Shown here piece after piece: positions 13,528 through 25,382 of a DNA stretch of 64,000 bases; the stretch's first letter is position 1; the number at the start of each line of letters is the position of its first letter. Location: assembly GCF_044704955.1 (NCBI RefSeq), contig NC_091990.1:27900001-27964000 (forward strand). Direction: 5' to 3'. The notes under the pieces are model-generated. The model was not told the DNA's origin. It was given only the letters and a program-made list of their open reading frames with translations, and ran no database searches. The stretch comes from Pristiophorus japonicus. Lineage: Eukaryota. The position numbers and the translations under genes are program-made.

Positions 13528-13979
13528 GTAGGCATACTACTTCAGGGAGCAGCACGAGCTGGTGCAGGAGATCGACGGCAGCGAAGAATGATGTCATCAA
13601 GGTCCAGGTCGGTGATTGGAGCGTGAGCAGATACAGCAGGAGCGGCGAAGGAGCAGCGAGTAGAGGGACGTGATCGGGGCCCAGGAGAGGCGTGAGTTCA
13701 GGGCCAGGGGCCCAGGGGCAGCACAGGCCAGCCCACACTGCGATATGTGTGCGCACTAGGTCCGAGCAGCAGAGCTGGTCTCCAGTTGTCTTGGTTAACC
13801 CTTGCCACTGGACCATACCTAGCTCTGTCAAGCCTGTGTGGTGGCTGGTGTGCAACAGCCACCCCACGTTAAAAAAATCCATGCACAGGCATCTTCCACC
13901 CTTCAGGATGTAGTTCGGGTCCTTTTTTGGCGTGGAAGCAAGTCATCCTCGTTTCGAGGGACTGCCTATGATGATGATG
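13528..13979 (+). mobile_element. Non-autonomous retroposon (SINE-like) with RTE-derived 3' tail
   Basis: Ends gtggaagcaagtcatcctcgtttcgagggactgcctatg(atg)n, matching the RTE 3' end at 20040-20100. Related copies at 15951-16166 and 40370-40630. Confidence 0.85.
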
Positions 13980-14919
13980 GTCGTTGTAAAACATACTACC
14001 TACATGATACATCTTCCTTTCCCTCCACTATTGTCAGCACAGCCTTATTAGCCATCTCAACTCCATTCTTCAGAACTCCCTCTCTGAACCCCCTTCTTGC
14101 TTTACTTATCTTTCCTTTTTTAAACATGTTCTTAAATTGCATTTTTTTCAACTGACTTTTGGCCATTTCTGTCAACTCTCCCAATGGTTAAGCATTCATT
14201 CATGTAATCCGTTTTGAAGCATGTTTTCTCCCTTCTTTGTAAAGTGCTTGAGATGTTTTCTAAGTTAAAGGCGCGACTTCAATGCTAGTTTTATTGTTAT
14301 TGATGGCGTGTCAGGAGAAATACTGTTAAAGTGGCAATGCAAGCATAACAGATTACCCAGATCTGTCAATGGAGTGGCATTTCGACTGGTTTTAAAATCT
14401 AACCTATCTCTGTACAGGTTATAGCTAAAAATAAATGCAGTTCCATTTGTTTAAACAGATCTGAGATCTAGATCTGTTTCATTTTTTTGTAATCTTAAAT
14501 CTCACTCCGCAATTTTCTGAGGGCGGCGGGGAATGACATTTGGTGCAAAGGCAAACATTGGATCGCATTTGGCAACAAACCAATGTGTCTTTTCACCGCT
14601 TCCTCTCACAGCTGCAGAGAGATTCCTCTCAGCACCCACAGCTCAGGCAATCTGGGGCCAAATGCACCCAGTTCACCGAGCTACAAGTGCTGCATTTTTC
14701 ATGGGGCACGACGAATGAAACTGTAACTTAAACAAAAATTAAAAGGAAACTTAACAAATTAATCCAAAACTTTATTTTCCGGGGTGATGACGAAACGAAT
14801 GTGTCCTTGCAATGTTTTTTCCTTCCCATTCATTGGCTGTAAAACATTTTGAGACATCCGGTGGCCGTGAAAGGCGCTATATCAATGCAAGTCTTTCTTT
14901 TCCGCCCCTTGGCAGGGCT

Positions 14920-15030
14920 CAGAAACCACGTGAGGTCCCCCCCCCACTCTCACTTTTTTGACGTTGCTCATACGCGCTTGCGTCACTTCCGATGACGCAG
15001 CACGCAGCCGCCACGCGACGTCAGTCGGCA
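14920..15030 (+). promoter_or_regulatory. Proximal promoter of the ZNF706-like gene
   Basis: Start of a CpG island. E-box CACGTG at 14927-14932, TGCGTCA-CTTCCGA-TGACGCA (overlapping ETS and CRE-like sites) at 14979-14999, and further GACGTCA/TGACG sites. Confidence 0.75.
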
Positions 15031-15129
15031 GTCAGTCAGTGAGGTGGTTGGCGGGCGGGAGAGCGGCTGTGAATATCTGAGCGGATCGTCAGTGCAAGTG
15101 GTGACCCGGGCCGGCCGGCGACAAAACAG
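15020..15129 (+). other. Non-coding exon 1 of the ZNF706-like gene
   Basis: Follows the promoter motifs inside the CpG island and ends at donor CAG|GTAACT (15129/15130). The TSS is estimated. Confidence 0.7.
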
Positions 15130-15867
15130 GTAACTAAACAAATCAGTCAATGCGTCCCGGGCTTGTCCTCGGCAGCTTCGGGAATGCAATCTCCCGCTCG
15201 CTCGGTTTCGGCTCGGAGACATTTGCTGTGTAGGGGGAGAGCCGAACGCGAGCGCTCGCCATTGACGACGGACGGAGGGAGATTGCGCAGTGGTTCGTCA
15301 TGAGACCGTCAGCTGGAGCCCTGCGGCAGGCCACACGCCGCAACTCGGGGGGGGCCCCGGGGTGGGCCCTTGGTGCTGACCGACTGAGGTCATAGGCAGA
15401 GTTTGTCGGCCTTTCCCGCCCCCCGATTCTGGTTCAATTGCCGCTTTAACCCGGGGGTGTTGGCTGGGAGAGGCGGCATAAGCTGCTGGGAAAAGCAGTG
15501 CGACTCTGGGTGTTGTTGGTACATTGGCTGCCATAAGGCGAGAGGAATTGGGATAAGGTTTTTTTTTTGTTCAGTAATAAACTGGCAAATAAATAATAAC
15601 CTAGCTTAGAATAAATGTCGATAGCTCCGTTATATTATGCAGCTCCCTCATGGAGTGACTTGAATTGCATTTCTTCTCGCGGATGGTATTCTGCCATTTT
15701 TGCCTCACACTGCCTGTACAATTGCAGTGGATGTAAAGTGAAATTTAAATGGTTTACGTAGACTTCATGGACATAGGAACAGGAGTAGGCCGTTCATCCC
15801 CTTGAAACTTGTTCCACCATTCAGTTAGGAACTGGAGAAAAATATGGCTTAAAGTAAAAGAAAAAAT

Positions 15868-16326
15868 TAGACTTGCATTTCACGACTCTGGACATCCCAA
15901 AGCTCTTTATAACCAATGATGTACTTTTGAAGTGCAGTCACTGTTGTAATCATCATGGGCAGTCCCTCGAACGAGGATGACTTGCTTCCACATGGGTTCA
16001 TAGATGTTTCAATGAAGGACCCAATATTCCAGTCCTGAACTCCAATTGAAGGGGTGCAAGATGCCTGTGTGTGCATTTTTTTAACCGTTGTACATCAACT
16101 ACCCTACAGGCTCGACAGAGCTAGGCCTTTATCCAGTGACAAGGATTAACAAGGACGACTGGAGACTTGTAAGAAGTATGGCAGCCGATTTGCAGACAGC
16201 CAGCTCCCACAAACAACAATTAAATGAATGATCAGGACATCTGTTGGGGGGTGTTTGAGGGATAAATGTTGGCCAGGACACTGGGACAACTCCCTTGTTC
16301 TTCGAATAGTGCCGTGGGATCTTTTC
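15868..16326 (-). mobile_element. DeuSINE interrupted by an RTE-tailed SINE (15951-16166)
   Basis: The DeuSINE tail and body resume on either side of the nested element. TTGTAA is repeated at 15944-15949 and 16167-16172 (TSD). Confidence 0.8.
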
Positions 16327-17044
16327 TGCTGTCGAAATCTCGACCTCCGAAAAGAATGACTCTGACACTTACAGCTCCGGCAGAAGTTTTTTTTAATTTA
16401 CTTGCTAGCAAGGAGCAGGTCACACTCAGTCAAGGGCTAAGTAAACACCTCCGAAATGGTACAATTTCACAAGATATTTATACAGTAAAACCCAAGTTAT
16501 GGCCTCTCCCTGTGTATTGGCTCTGTCTCACAGTCAGTGAATACAGATAGTTAATTACTACATCCTTGTCCTGACATGGTTTCCAGATATTTCCTTTTGT
16601 CAGGGTTATTAGTTGGCCAGCCGGCCATTACTCCATGAGAGTGTGGTAATGAGCTATTACCTGTCTTGCATTGTGTCAGGATTGTTCAGTTTCCTAGTTA
16701 GTTATCTGTTTGCATCAAATGGATGAGGTCTCGACAAGAGATAATGGCTGGTGGTTTGAGTACAAAGAAAAGGGTGGGGTGACATGGAACTCTTGTCGTG
16801 TAGACAATAGGAGAGCACCATGGGGGGGGGGGGGTACTTGTCTTAGCATGACTTGTCTCCTAGCTGTCTGATGGCCATCAGCCATCTCAAACCAGGTTTA
16901 GCTGTTTATGCAAGCTGACTGATTTTATGCAGAAAGTTCTGGAAGGACCAGGACTCCATTTTGATATATATATATTACAAAGGGCACACAAATACCGTAT
17001 GGTATCAGCTTAGATAAAAATACATTTCCACACTGCCTACCTGA

Positions 17045-17170
17045 GATGTCTCATCCGAAAGACAGCACCTTGAATAGTGCAGCACTCCCTCTGTACTGCG
17101 TTGAAGTGTCATTCTAGATTATGTGCTGGAATGAGACTTGAATCCATGATCTTCTACAACTGAACCAAGT
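17045..17170 (-). mobile_element. DeuSINE head fragment (tRNA-derived)
   Basis: tctcatccgaaagacagcacc...gtgcagcactccc...gacttgaatcc, the reverse of the Deu core and B-box region. Confidence 0.7.
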
Positions 17171-17368
17171 CTGGCACTTGTAAAGTACATATAAAGCTCC
17201 TCTGTCCCAAATTTGTACTTGATATGCTATTCCTTTAGGTTTACCTGTATCTGTTCCACCTTGTTCCACCATTCAATTAGGAACTGGAGAAAAATAAGGC
17301 TAAAAGTTTAAAAAAAAATTAGATTTGCATTTCATGATTCTGGACATCCAAAGCTCTTTATAACCAAT

Positions 17369-20100
17369 TCAAGACCCAAAGACACAGCCCTCTGGGGAGG
17401 CGTGATTGGCAGAGAGGGGGTAGGGAAAGCCAACTCCAGCAGTAACCTACTGACAAAATGTCTAGAACATGAACTCCTCATCACCAACACCCTGTTCCGC
17501 CAGAGGGACAAATACAAGGCATCGTGGCAACACTCTCGCTCCAAACACTGACACCTGCTCGACTATGCCATCGTCCGAGCCAGGGATCGCAAGGATGTGT
17601 GCATCACCTGTGCCCTGACAGGAGCCGGTGACTGCTGGACGGATCACTGCCTAATCTGATTCATCGTTGACATTAACATAGCCCCAAAGCAGAGGAGACA
17701 GCAGAAGCAGTGCTGCAAAAAAGGGCAATGCCGGGGCACTTAAAGACCCAGCTAAGAGAGCCCGATACAGCCAGCATTTCACAGCTAACGTGTGCCTTGA
17801 TGACCCTGAAATGCTGAATGCCCAGAGCGCTTGGTCTGCCCCCCCCCAGGCCTCCATAACCAGTGCCTGGTCACTCAACTAGAAAACACCAGGACTGGTT
17901 TGCTGAAAATGATCAGGAGATCCAAGAACTAATAGATCGCAAGCGCAGAACATTTCTGAGCCTCAAGCAACAAACCAACTTGGGAGCAGCAAAGCAACAT
18001 TACAGACGGCTCATGGCTGAGGTCCAACAAAAAATCCGGGACCTAAAGAACAGGTGGTGGATGGAGAAAGCACAGGAGATACAACAACTGGCCGACAGCA
18101 ACGATAAGCGAGGATTTTTCATCGCAGTCAAGGCTACCTACGGTCCAGACTCACAAGCCCCACCCACTGCTGGCTAAGAATGGGGAAACACTCTAAGGAC
18201 ACCGAGGCTGTCGGGGCCCGCTGGAAAGATCACTTTGAAGATCTCCTCAACCGAGACTCTGCCTTTGACTCGAGTGTTCTCGACTCCATCCCACAGCATG
18301 CAACCCGCCACCACCTCAGTGAAACCCCAAGGCTGCATGAGGTAGGAAAAGTCATAAAACAGCTCAAGAACAACAAGGTTACGGGAGCGGATGGAATCCT
18401 TGCTGAGGCGCTAAAGTATGGCTGAGAGGTGCTGTTGGCGCGGATACATGACCTCATCTCTCATCTGGAGAGAGGAGAGCATGCCGGGAGATCTGAGATG
18501 CAGTGATCATGACCATCTTTTAAAAAAGGGGACAAGTCCGACTGCGACAACTACAGGGGAATCTCCCTGCTATCAGCCACTGGGAAAGTTGTCGCTAGAG
18601 TTCTCCTCAACCGTCTTCTCCCTATGGCCAAGGAGCTCCTTCCGGAGTCACACTGTGGATTTCGTCCCCTACGGGGCACAACGGCCATGATCTTTTCAGC
18701 ATGACAGCTGCAGGAAAAATGCAGGGAGCAGCGCCAGCCCTTATACATGGCTGCCTTCTACCTTACAAAGGCTGATGACACTGTCAACTGCGAGGGTCTA
18801 TGGAGCGTCGTCTTCCGTTTTGGATGCCCCCAAAAGTTTGTCAGCAACCTTCGCCTGCTCCACGACGACATGCAGGCCGTGATCCTTACCAACTGATCCA
18901 TCACAGACCCAATCCATGTCTGGACCGGGGTCAAACAGGACTGCATCATCGCTCCAACCCTCTTCTCAATCTTCCTTGCTGCCATGCTCTACCTCACAGT
19001 CAACAAGCTCCCCGCTGGAGTGGAACTAAACTACAGAACCAATGGGAAGCTGTTTAACCTACGCTGCCTTCAGGCCAGGTCCAAGATCACCCCAACCTCT
19101 GTCGTTGAGCTACAATACGCAGACAACACCTGCATCTGCGCACATTCTGAGGCTGAACTCCAGGATATAGTTGATGTATTTACTGAGGCATATGAAAGCA
19201 TAGGCCTTGCGCTAAACATCTAAGACAAAGGTCCTCTGCCAGCACTGCCCCCCCCCTGCCAGTCATCAAGATCCACGGCGAGGCCCTTGACAACATGGAC
19301 CAGTTCCCATACCTCGAGAGTCTCTTGTCAACAAAAGCAGACATTGATGCAGAGACTCAACACCGCCTCCAGTGCAGCCCTTCGGCCGCCTGAGGAAAAG
19401 AATGTTCGAAGACCAGGCCCTCAAATCTACCACCAAGCTCATGGTCTACAGGGCTGTAGTAATACCCACCCTCCTGTATGGCTCCAAGGCACGGATAATG
19501 TACAGAAGACACCAGGTCGCTGGAGATATATTACCAAAGATGTCTCCGCAAGATCCTGCAAATCCCCTGGGAGGACAGGCGCACTGACATCCGTGTCTTC
19601 GTCCAGGCTAACATCCCCAGCATTGAAGCTCTGACTACACTCGATCAGCTTCGCTGGACAGGCCAAATAGTTTGCATGCCAGACACGAAACTCCCAAAGC
19701 AAGTGCTCTGCGGAGCTCCTTCACAGTAAACGAGCCAAAGGTGGGCAGCGGAAACGGTACAAGGACAACCCTCAAAGTCTCCGTTAAAGTGCAACGTCGC
19801 TGACACCTGGGAGTTCCTGGCCAAAGACCGCCCTAAGTGGAGAAAGTGCATCCGGGAGGGCGTTGAGCACTTCGAGTCTCAATGCCGAGAGCGTGCAGAG
19901 GTCAAGCGCAGGCAGCGGAAAGAGCATGCGGCAAACCAGTCCCACCCACCCCTTCCCTCAACGACTATCTGTCCCACCTGTGACGGGGACTGTGGCTGCT
20001 CGTATTGGACTGTTCAGCCACCAAAGAACTCACTTCAGGAGTGGAAGGAAGCAGGTCTTCCTCGATTCTGAGGGACTACCTATGATGATGATGATGATGG
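17369..20100 (+). mobile_element. RTE-clade LINE, 5'-truncated, with stops and frameshifts
   Basis: Partial endonuclease, RT (ELQYADN, KLMVYRAVVIPTLLYG), C-terminal C-x2-C...RIGLFSHQRTH finger and (ATG)n tail. Candidate TSD ATCTGTTC at 17249-17256 and 20101-20108. Confidence 0.93.
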
Positions 20101-20874
20101 ATCTGTTCAATTTTTGTCAGGAACAAGTTTGCTTTATATTTTCAGGGTGTAGTAAGATGAAGGAAAATTATGTACTTATTTGTCTGGGATAATCGTAATA
20201 CACTTGTCTCGTACTACAGATAGCAAGTCATTGCAAAATAGAAATCTCTCCATTTCCTGGTCATGTATTTGAAGTAATGGTGTGTGCCCCTCTCTTTCTG
20301 TTCTGGGTGGGTATACAAAATAAGATGTCTGTGTTGTGGATTAAAATCATAGCATGTTTCATGATAGAAACAGGTCATTGGGACCACCGCAACAAAATAA
20401 TATGACTCCCCACAATCGTCTTCGATGCCCTCCGCAGTGTCACTCAGATCTTCCTCTTCTCTCTCTCATCCATTTCTTCATTCTCTCCTTCCTCCCAGCC
20501 ACCATGAACTCTATTCTCCTCGTCCACTCTACACATGCAACCTAATCTGATCCTACTCTGCATACACTGCATACCTTTTAATCTGTTTTTCAAGTTGCTA
20601 TCTAATTCTCTTGAAATATAAATTATAGACTTTGCAACAATGGCTTGTAACAGAGAAATCCACTTTCTAACCACATTTGGTACAAATGTTTTTCTTATGC
20701 CCCAGCCCTTAATTTTTTTGTGATCTTTAAATTTATGTCCTTGTTACTGTCCAATGATCAGTGAAAGTAACCTATTTTGCCCTATCACTGCACTGCATAA
20801 TCTTGACTACCCTGTACCTGTATCATATCGCCCCTCAACCTCCTCTGGCTTGAAAGTCATAACTTCATGAAAAC

Positions 20875-21075
20875 CACACTCTCCCGCAAATGGCAGTTGA
20901 TGCTAGGTCAATTAATTTTAAATCGGAGATTGATAGATTTTAGTTAACAAAAGGTATTAAGGGATAGGGGCAAAGGAGGGAGGGGTATATGGTGTTGGGT
21001 CATGGATCAGCCATGATCTCATTGAATGACGGAATTAGCTTGAGGGAATAAATGGCCTACTCCTCCTCCTGTTCT
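20875..21075 (+). mobile_element. CR1 3' tail fragment
   Basis: gagattgatagattt...gatcagccatgatctcattgaatg...ggcctactcct matches the CR1 3'UTR of other copies. Confidence 0.75.
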
Positions 21076-23182
21076 ACGTTTCACAGTCCCTGTCACAATT
21101 TACCATGTCCCTAATTTTATCATATTGATATTGTTCCCTCAATTCTTAACTTCAAATATTTATGTATATAGTAACAGCTATCCCAACACATGTATCTTTC
21201 CAGTTTGAGAAACTTTCTTCACTTGCTATCTATTCTCCTTCGATGTTGATGGGCCAAGAATTGTGGTCACGGGCTTCCCGCTGGCGGATGCCTCCGACCA
21301 AAATTTTTGTAACAAAAATAGAAATTAATTGAAATTGAATTAAATTAAATGTTTGAGAGAATTTGCTTTAGTATTTAAAAAATGTTTGAATAAAAATAAA
21401 CGTACCTTCATTGACATGGTTTTTCATATCTATTAAAACTCTTGCGCTGGTAAAAGTAGGCTATCCGTCTACTTTTACCAGGCGTAAGAGTTTGAAGGAT
21501 ATTTGCTGGACAAGAGTTGGACAAATAGCCCACATCTCCACAGGCGAAGGCCCTTCTCCTGCGGTTGAATTGGAACTGTCACAAGAAATTTTGACAGTTC
21601 TTAAGTGCCTGATTTCAGCGCATGCACATCGTGTGGCAAGAACTGGCACTTGCAGGACCTCTACTGGTGCGTGAGCCCATCGTACATGCCTGGAGAGACT
21701 GCCATATTTAGCCTGTTCTCAAATGGTACCGTATCACATCATTGGAAAATCCATATGAATCACACGTGCTTTTCCTTTTGTTTTAAATATTTAATGTTTG
21801 GTCAGTTATAAGATGCCCTCCAGAGATCCATGCTGACTGCTCCTGATTTCATTCATATTTCTGCAAGTGTTGAGTAATTTCACTCTTGTATTCTATATTC
21901 CAGTAGTCTACCAAGACTAGTTGGCTGATAATTTCCTGGTTTCTGTCTATCTCTTTTGAAGAAGATTGTCACATTTGCCAACCTGCCATAATTTTTGTCG
22001 CATAGAATTTTGGAAAATTCTATCTTTGGTCTTCACTGTTTTCCCCCCCACCCCCCACTCACCTAGCATTCTTGGGATCTTCTGCTGTCAACCATCAGAT
22101 CCTGTGATTTTGTCAGTCTTGAGTTTGAGTAATTGTTTCAGCACCATTTCTGTTTGAAAGTTTTACACCCACCTCTGGTGCATCTACAATGCCAATATTC
22201 ACCTCCTGTATAAACTGGCAAAGTTAGTATTTCTGCCATTCTGCTGCTCTCCGCTGTAAGCTTTATCTCTAGTGACCCCATCTTGACTGTCCTCTTTCTA
22301 TTAATATGTCCGTAGAAAGCTCTTCTGTTCTGATTTCCTTGCATATCCTAAGTCTTTCCAATGTTTTGTAGTTTTCTCATATACATTAAAAATCTTGCAG
22401 AGTGTGCTTTTTCTGTCCACAAAATGTAAGTCCTGTTAGTGATTTACAATGGTAAGTGTCATCCTTAAATTTAAAAAATTGCCTCTTGGAATGAGACTGC
22501 GCAGTTTATTGTTTCTTTTTTGGGTTGGGGAAGTTGATTGGTATTGCAGGATCAGAAATCTCCTCATTATAAAGGCACTTATTCTGTTAAATACGAGCCC
22601 TAACTTTCTACAGAGTTTAATTGGCAATTAATGGGCAGTTGCCGCAAATTGATGAAACTCACAAGTTGAGGTGAGCTGTTCACAATTCATGGAATATCTC
22701 TGATCAAGTTGCTGGATGATTTATACATTAATAACGTCTAGCATCATTACCATTTGGCAGGAAATTCTGTGCGTATACATTAAAGTGTTTGAATGATTGA
22801 CAGCAATGCCATAGGTAATTTACTAATTCTTTGTATTCTTTTTGTTTTTATTGTCTACCCTGTATGCATTAAATACTTTTTTTAGTTTCAAATTTGAACT
22901 AATCTATGGAACTGCAGTGTTCAGTGCACTTAAGTTTTTTCCTTACTCGAGTGACTGATTTGTACCGTTTTCATCTCTCTCCCATTTGGCTCTCAGCTGC
23001 TGAGGAATGCTTCACTTTTGCATAGGATGCCTAAAAGTGGTTCTGCTCAAATTAAGTTGTTTTGATGTACCCTGCAAGTGTTCTGGTAGCTTACTTCTGT
23101 GGTACCTGTGGTGACTTGTTACGTCATTATCCAGTACAATAACTGAAGTTTTTCTTTTTTGCTAGATTTCCTGAATTTCATC

Positions 23183-23314
23183 ATGGCTCGTGGACAGCAG
23201 AAGAAACAAGCCCAGCAGAAGAATGCCAAGAGGCAAGCTGAAAAGAAAAAGGGAGGATCTGATCAAAAAGCAGCAGCAAAAGCAGCACTTGTGCACACAT
23301 GTCCTGTCTGCAAG
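23183..23314 (+). CDS. ZNF706: ZNF706-family protein, coding exon 1 (aa 1-44)
   Basis: Translates as MARGQQKKQAQQKNAKRQAEKKKGGSDQKAAAKAALVHTCPVCK. Polypyrimidine+TAG acceptor ends at 23165; donor AAG|GTAAAG at 23314/23315. The family is certain, but orthology versus paralogy is unresolved. Confidence 0.96.
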
Positions 23315-24017
23315 GTAAAGGAATAGGCCCTCAAAGGAATGTCAATACTGCTGTAATATTATACTGCAGTACCTGGCGTGCTGTTTAGATCAGTTGCTGT
23401 GAGCTGTTGTGTTCATATAGTGTCAGGTCTTGGGTTTTTTAAATTGAGGCAAAGTTGCCAGACTAATTCCAACAGTATAAAAAGTTAATTACAGTATTTA
23501 CACCAGATTAGTTAATTTAAGAAATTATATTCATTGCCAATTTGACAACTTGTATTTCTATAGTGATTAATTGTAATATCAGAAGCTTCATTAATGCCTC
23601 AGCCGATTTAAGATAGTAAATAGCTGAGCCATGCAGGCCAGGGAGATCTCTGGTTTATACTTCTGTCGATACTGAGTTAAATGCTCACAACCAGGTTGCA
23701 GTAAGGGTCTACAAATGGTTTCACTGCCCCAGGTTATAGGCCATAGTAGTACAGTGCATTATGTCTTTCAACTCTGGGTCTTGGGTTTGAATCAAACACA
23801 TTAGGATAAAAGAATTGTTACACCTGTACTACTACCCAGGCTCAGATCAGGACTGCTGTATATATGTGTGATGTCACACCGTGCAGTGCAATTACTCAGC
23901 CATTGGGTAAGTCTCAGATTCTTATTGCTGTTTCTTTTTTGAAGTTGCTAGACAGTGCGATAATTGTAGTACTACTTACTTACCTCTATGATATATTGGT
24001 CTTAATTTCTTTTTCAG

Positions 24018-24113
24018 ACACAGATGCCAGATCCTAAAACTTTCAAACAGCATTTTGAGAGTAAACACCCTAAATCTCCTTTGCCTCCTGAATTGGTAGA
24101 CGTACAGGCATAA
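24018..24113 (+). CDS. ZNF706: ZNF706-family protein, coding exon 2 (aa 45-75 and stop)
   Basis: Acceptor tttctttttcag ends at 24017. Phase-0 continuation TQMPDPKTFKQHFESKHPKSPLPPELVDVQA* completes the C2H2 finger. Confidence 0.97.
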   Translation, partial: TQMPDPKTFKQHFESKHPKSPLPPELVDVQA

Positions 24114-24390
24114 AAAAAAGCACAACTTGGATTTGGGTGAGAAACTTTTCAAACTACCCACAACGAGAAAAAAGATCGTTAGGCTTCAGAGAATGAGCTG
24201 TCATTTCTGTCTTTGCCAATTTTGCTGAATTATCAGATGAGAGGCACTGTCAAGAACTTGTGCAGTCACAATTATTTATGGGTTTGAGTCATAAGTAATT
24301 GAGACTTGAATCTATGGCTGTGGGTTGTTAATTGTTTAATTCTGATGCTTAAAACTGTACAAAGTGTTTTTATATAAATGTAGAAATATT

Positions 24391-25382
24391 GGGCCCAAAT
24401 TTCCACACGATAAAAAACGGGCGCCCCTCCGAGCTGGGTGCCCGTTTTTCGCGCCTAAAACGGCGCCTAAAAAAAACCTCGCAATTCTGGAGCGTTCTGC
24501 AGCTCCTTGTCTGCCTGGCACGGCGCTCGGGGGCGGAGCCTACACTCGCGCCGATTTTGTAAGTGGGAGGGGGCGGGTACTATTTAAATTAGTTTTTTTC
24601 CTGCCGGCAACGCTGCGCGTTGGAGCGTTCGCACATGCTCAGTGTGAAGGAAACATTGGCACTCGGCCATTTTTGTAGTTCTTTGTAGCTGTTTAATTTT
24701 TGAACATTTTTTAATAAAAGCACATTGCCATCAGCACATCAGCACTTGCAGCCTTCTCACTGTCTCCTCCCTCCTCCCCCCGCGGGAACGAAACGGCTGG
24801 CCCCCCCCCTCTCCCGCGGGAACGAAACGGCTGTTCCCTCTTCCTCCACCCCCCCCCCCCCCTCCGCAGGAGCGAACACCTGCAGCATTCTCCGTGCCTG
24901 AAGCACTTTCACACAGGTAGGAAGATGGTTTATTTAATCTTTTCTTTGCTTATAAATGTTTATTCAGGTTGGATTTATTTGTATAATATTTGTAGAAGTA
25001 TAAATAAGGATTGATTGTAGAATTTAATGATTTCCCTTCCCCCCCCCTCCCCCCCCTCCCCCCACCTCGTTCTGGACGCCTAATTTGTAACCTGCGCCTG
25101 ATTTTTTAATGTGTAGAACAGGTTTTTTCAGTTCTACAAAAATCTTCACTTGCTCCATTCTACTTTAGTTTGGAGTACGTTTTCACTGTGGAAACTTTGA
25201 AATCAGGCGTCAGTGGCCGAACACGCCCCCTTTTGAAGAAAAAATTCTGTTCCAAAGTAGAACTGTTCTACCTGACTAGAACTGCAGAAAAAAAAATGTG
25301 GAGAATTGCGATTTCTAAGATAGTCCGTTCTCCACCAGTTGCTCCTAAAAATCAGGCGCAAATCATGTGGAAACTTGGGCCC
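24391..25382. mobile_element. Non-autonomous DNA transposon (MITE-like, 992 bp)
   Basis: TIRs GGGCCCAAATTTCCACACGAT / ATCATGTGGAAACTTGGGCCC (19 of 21 match). CpG-rich interior with no transposase. The same terminus recurs at 63972. Confidence 0.88.
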
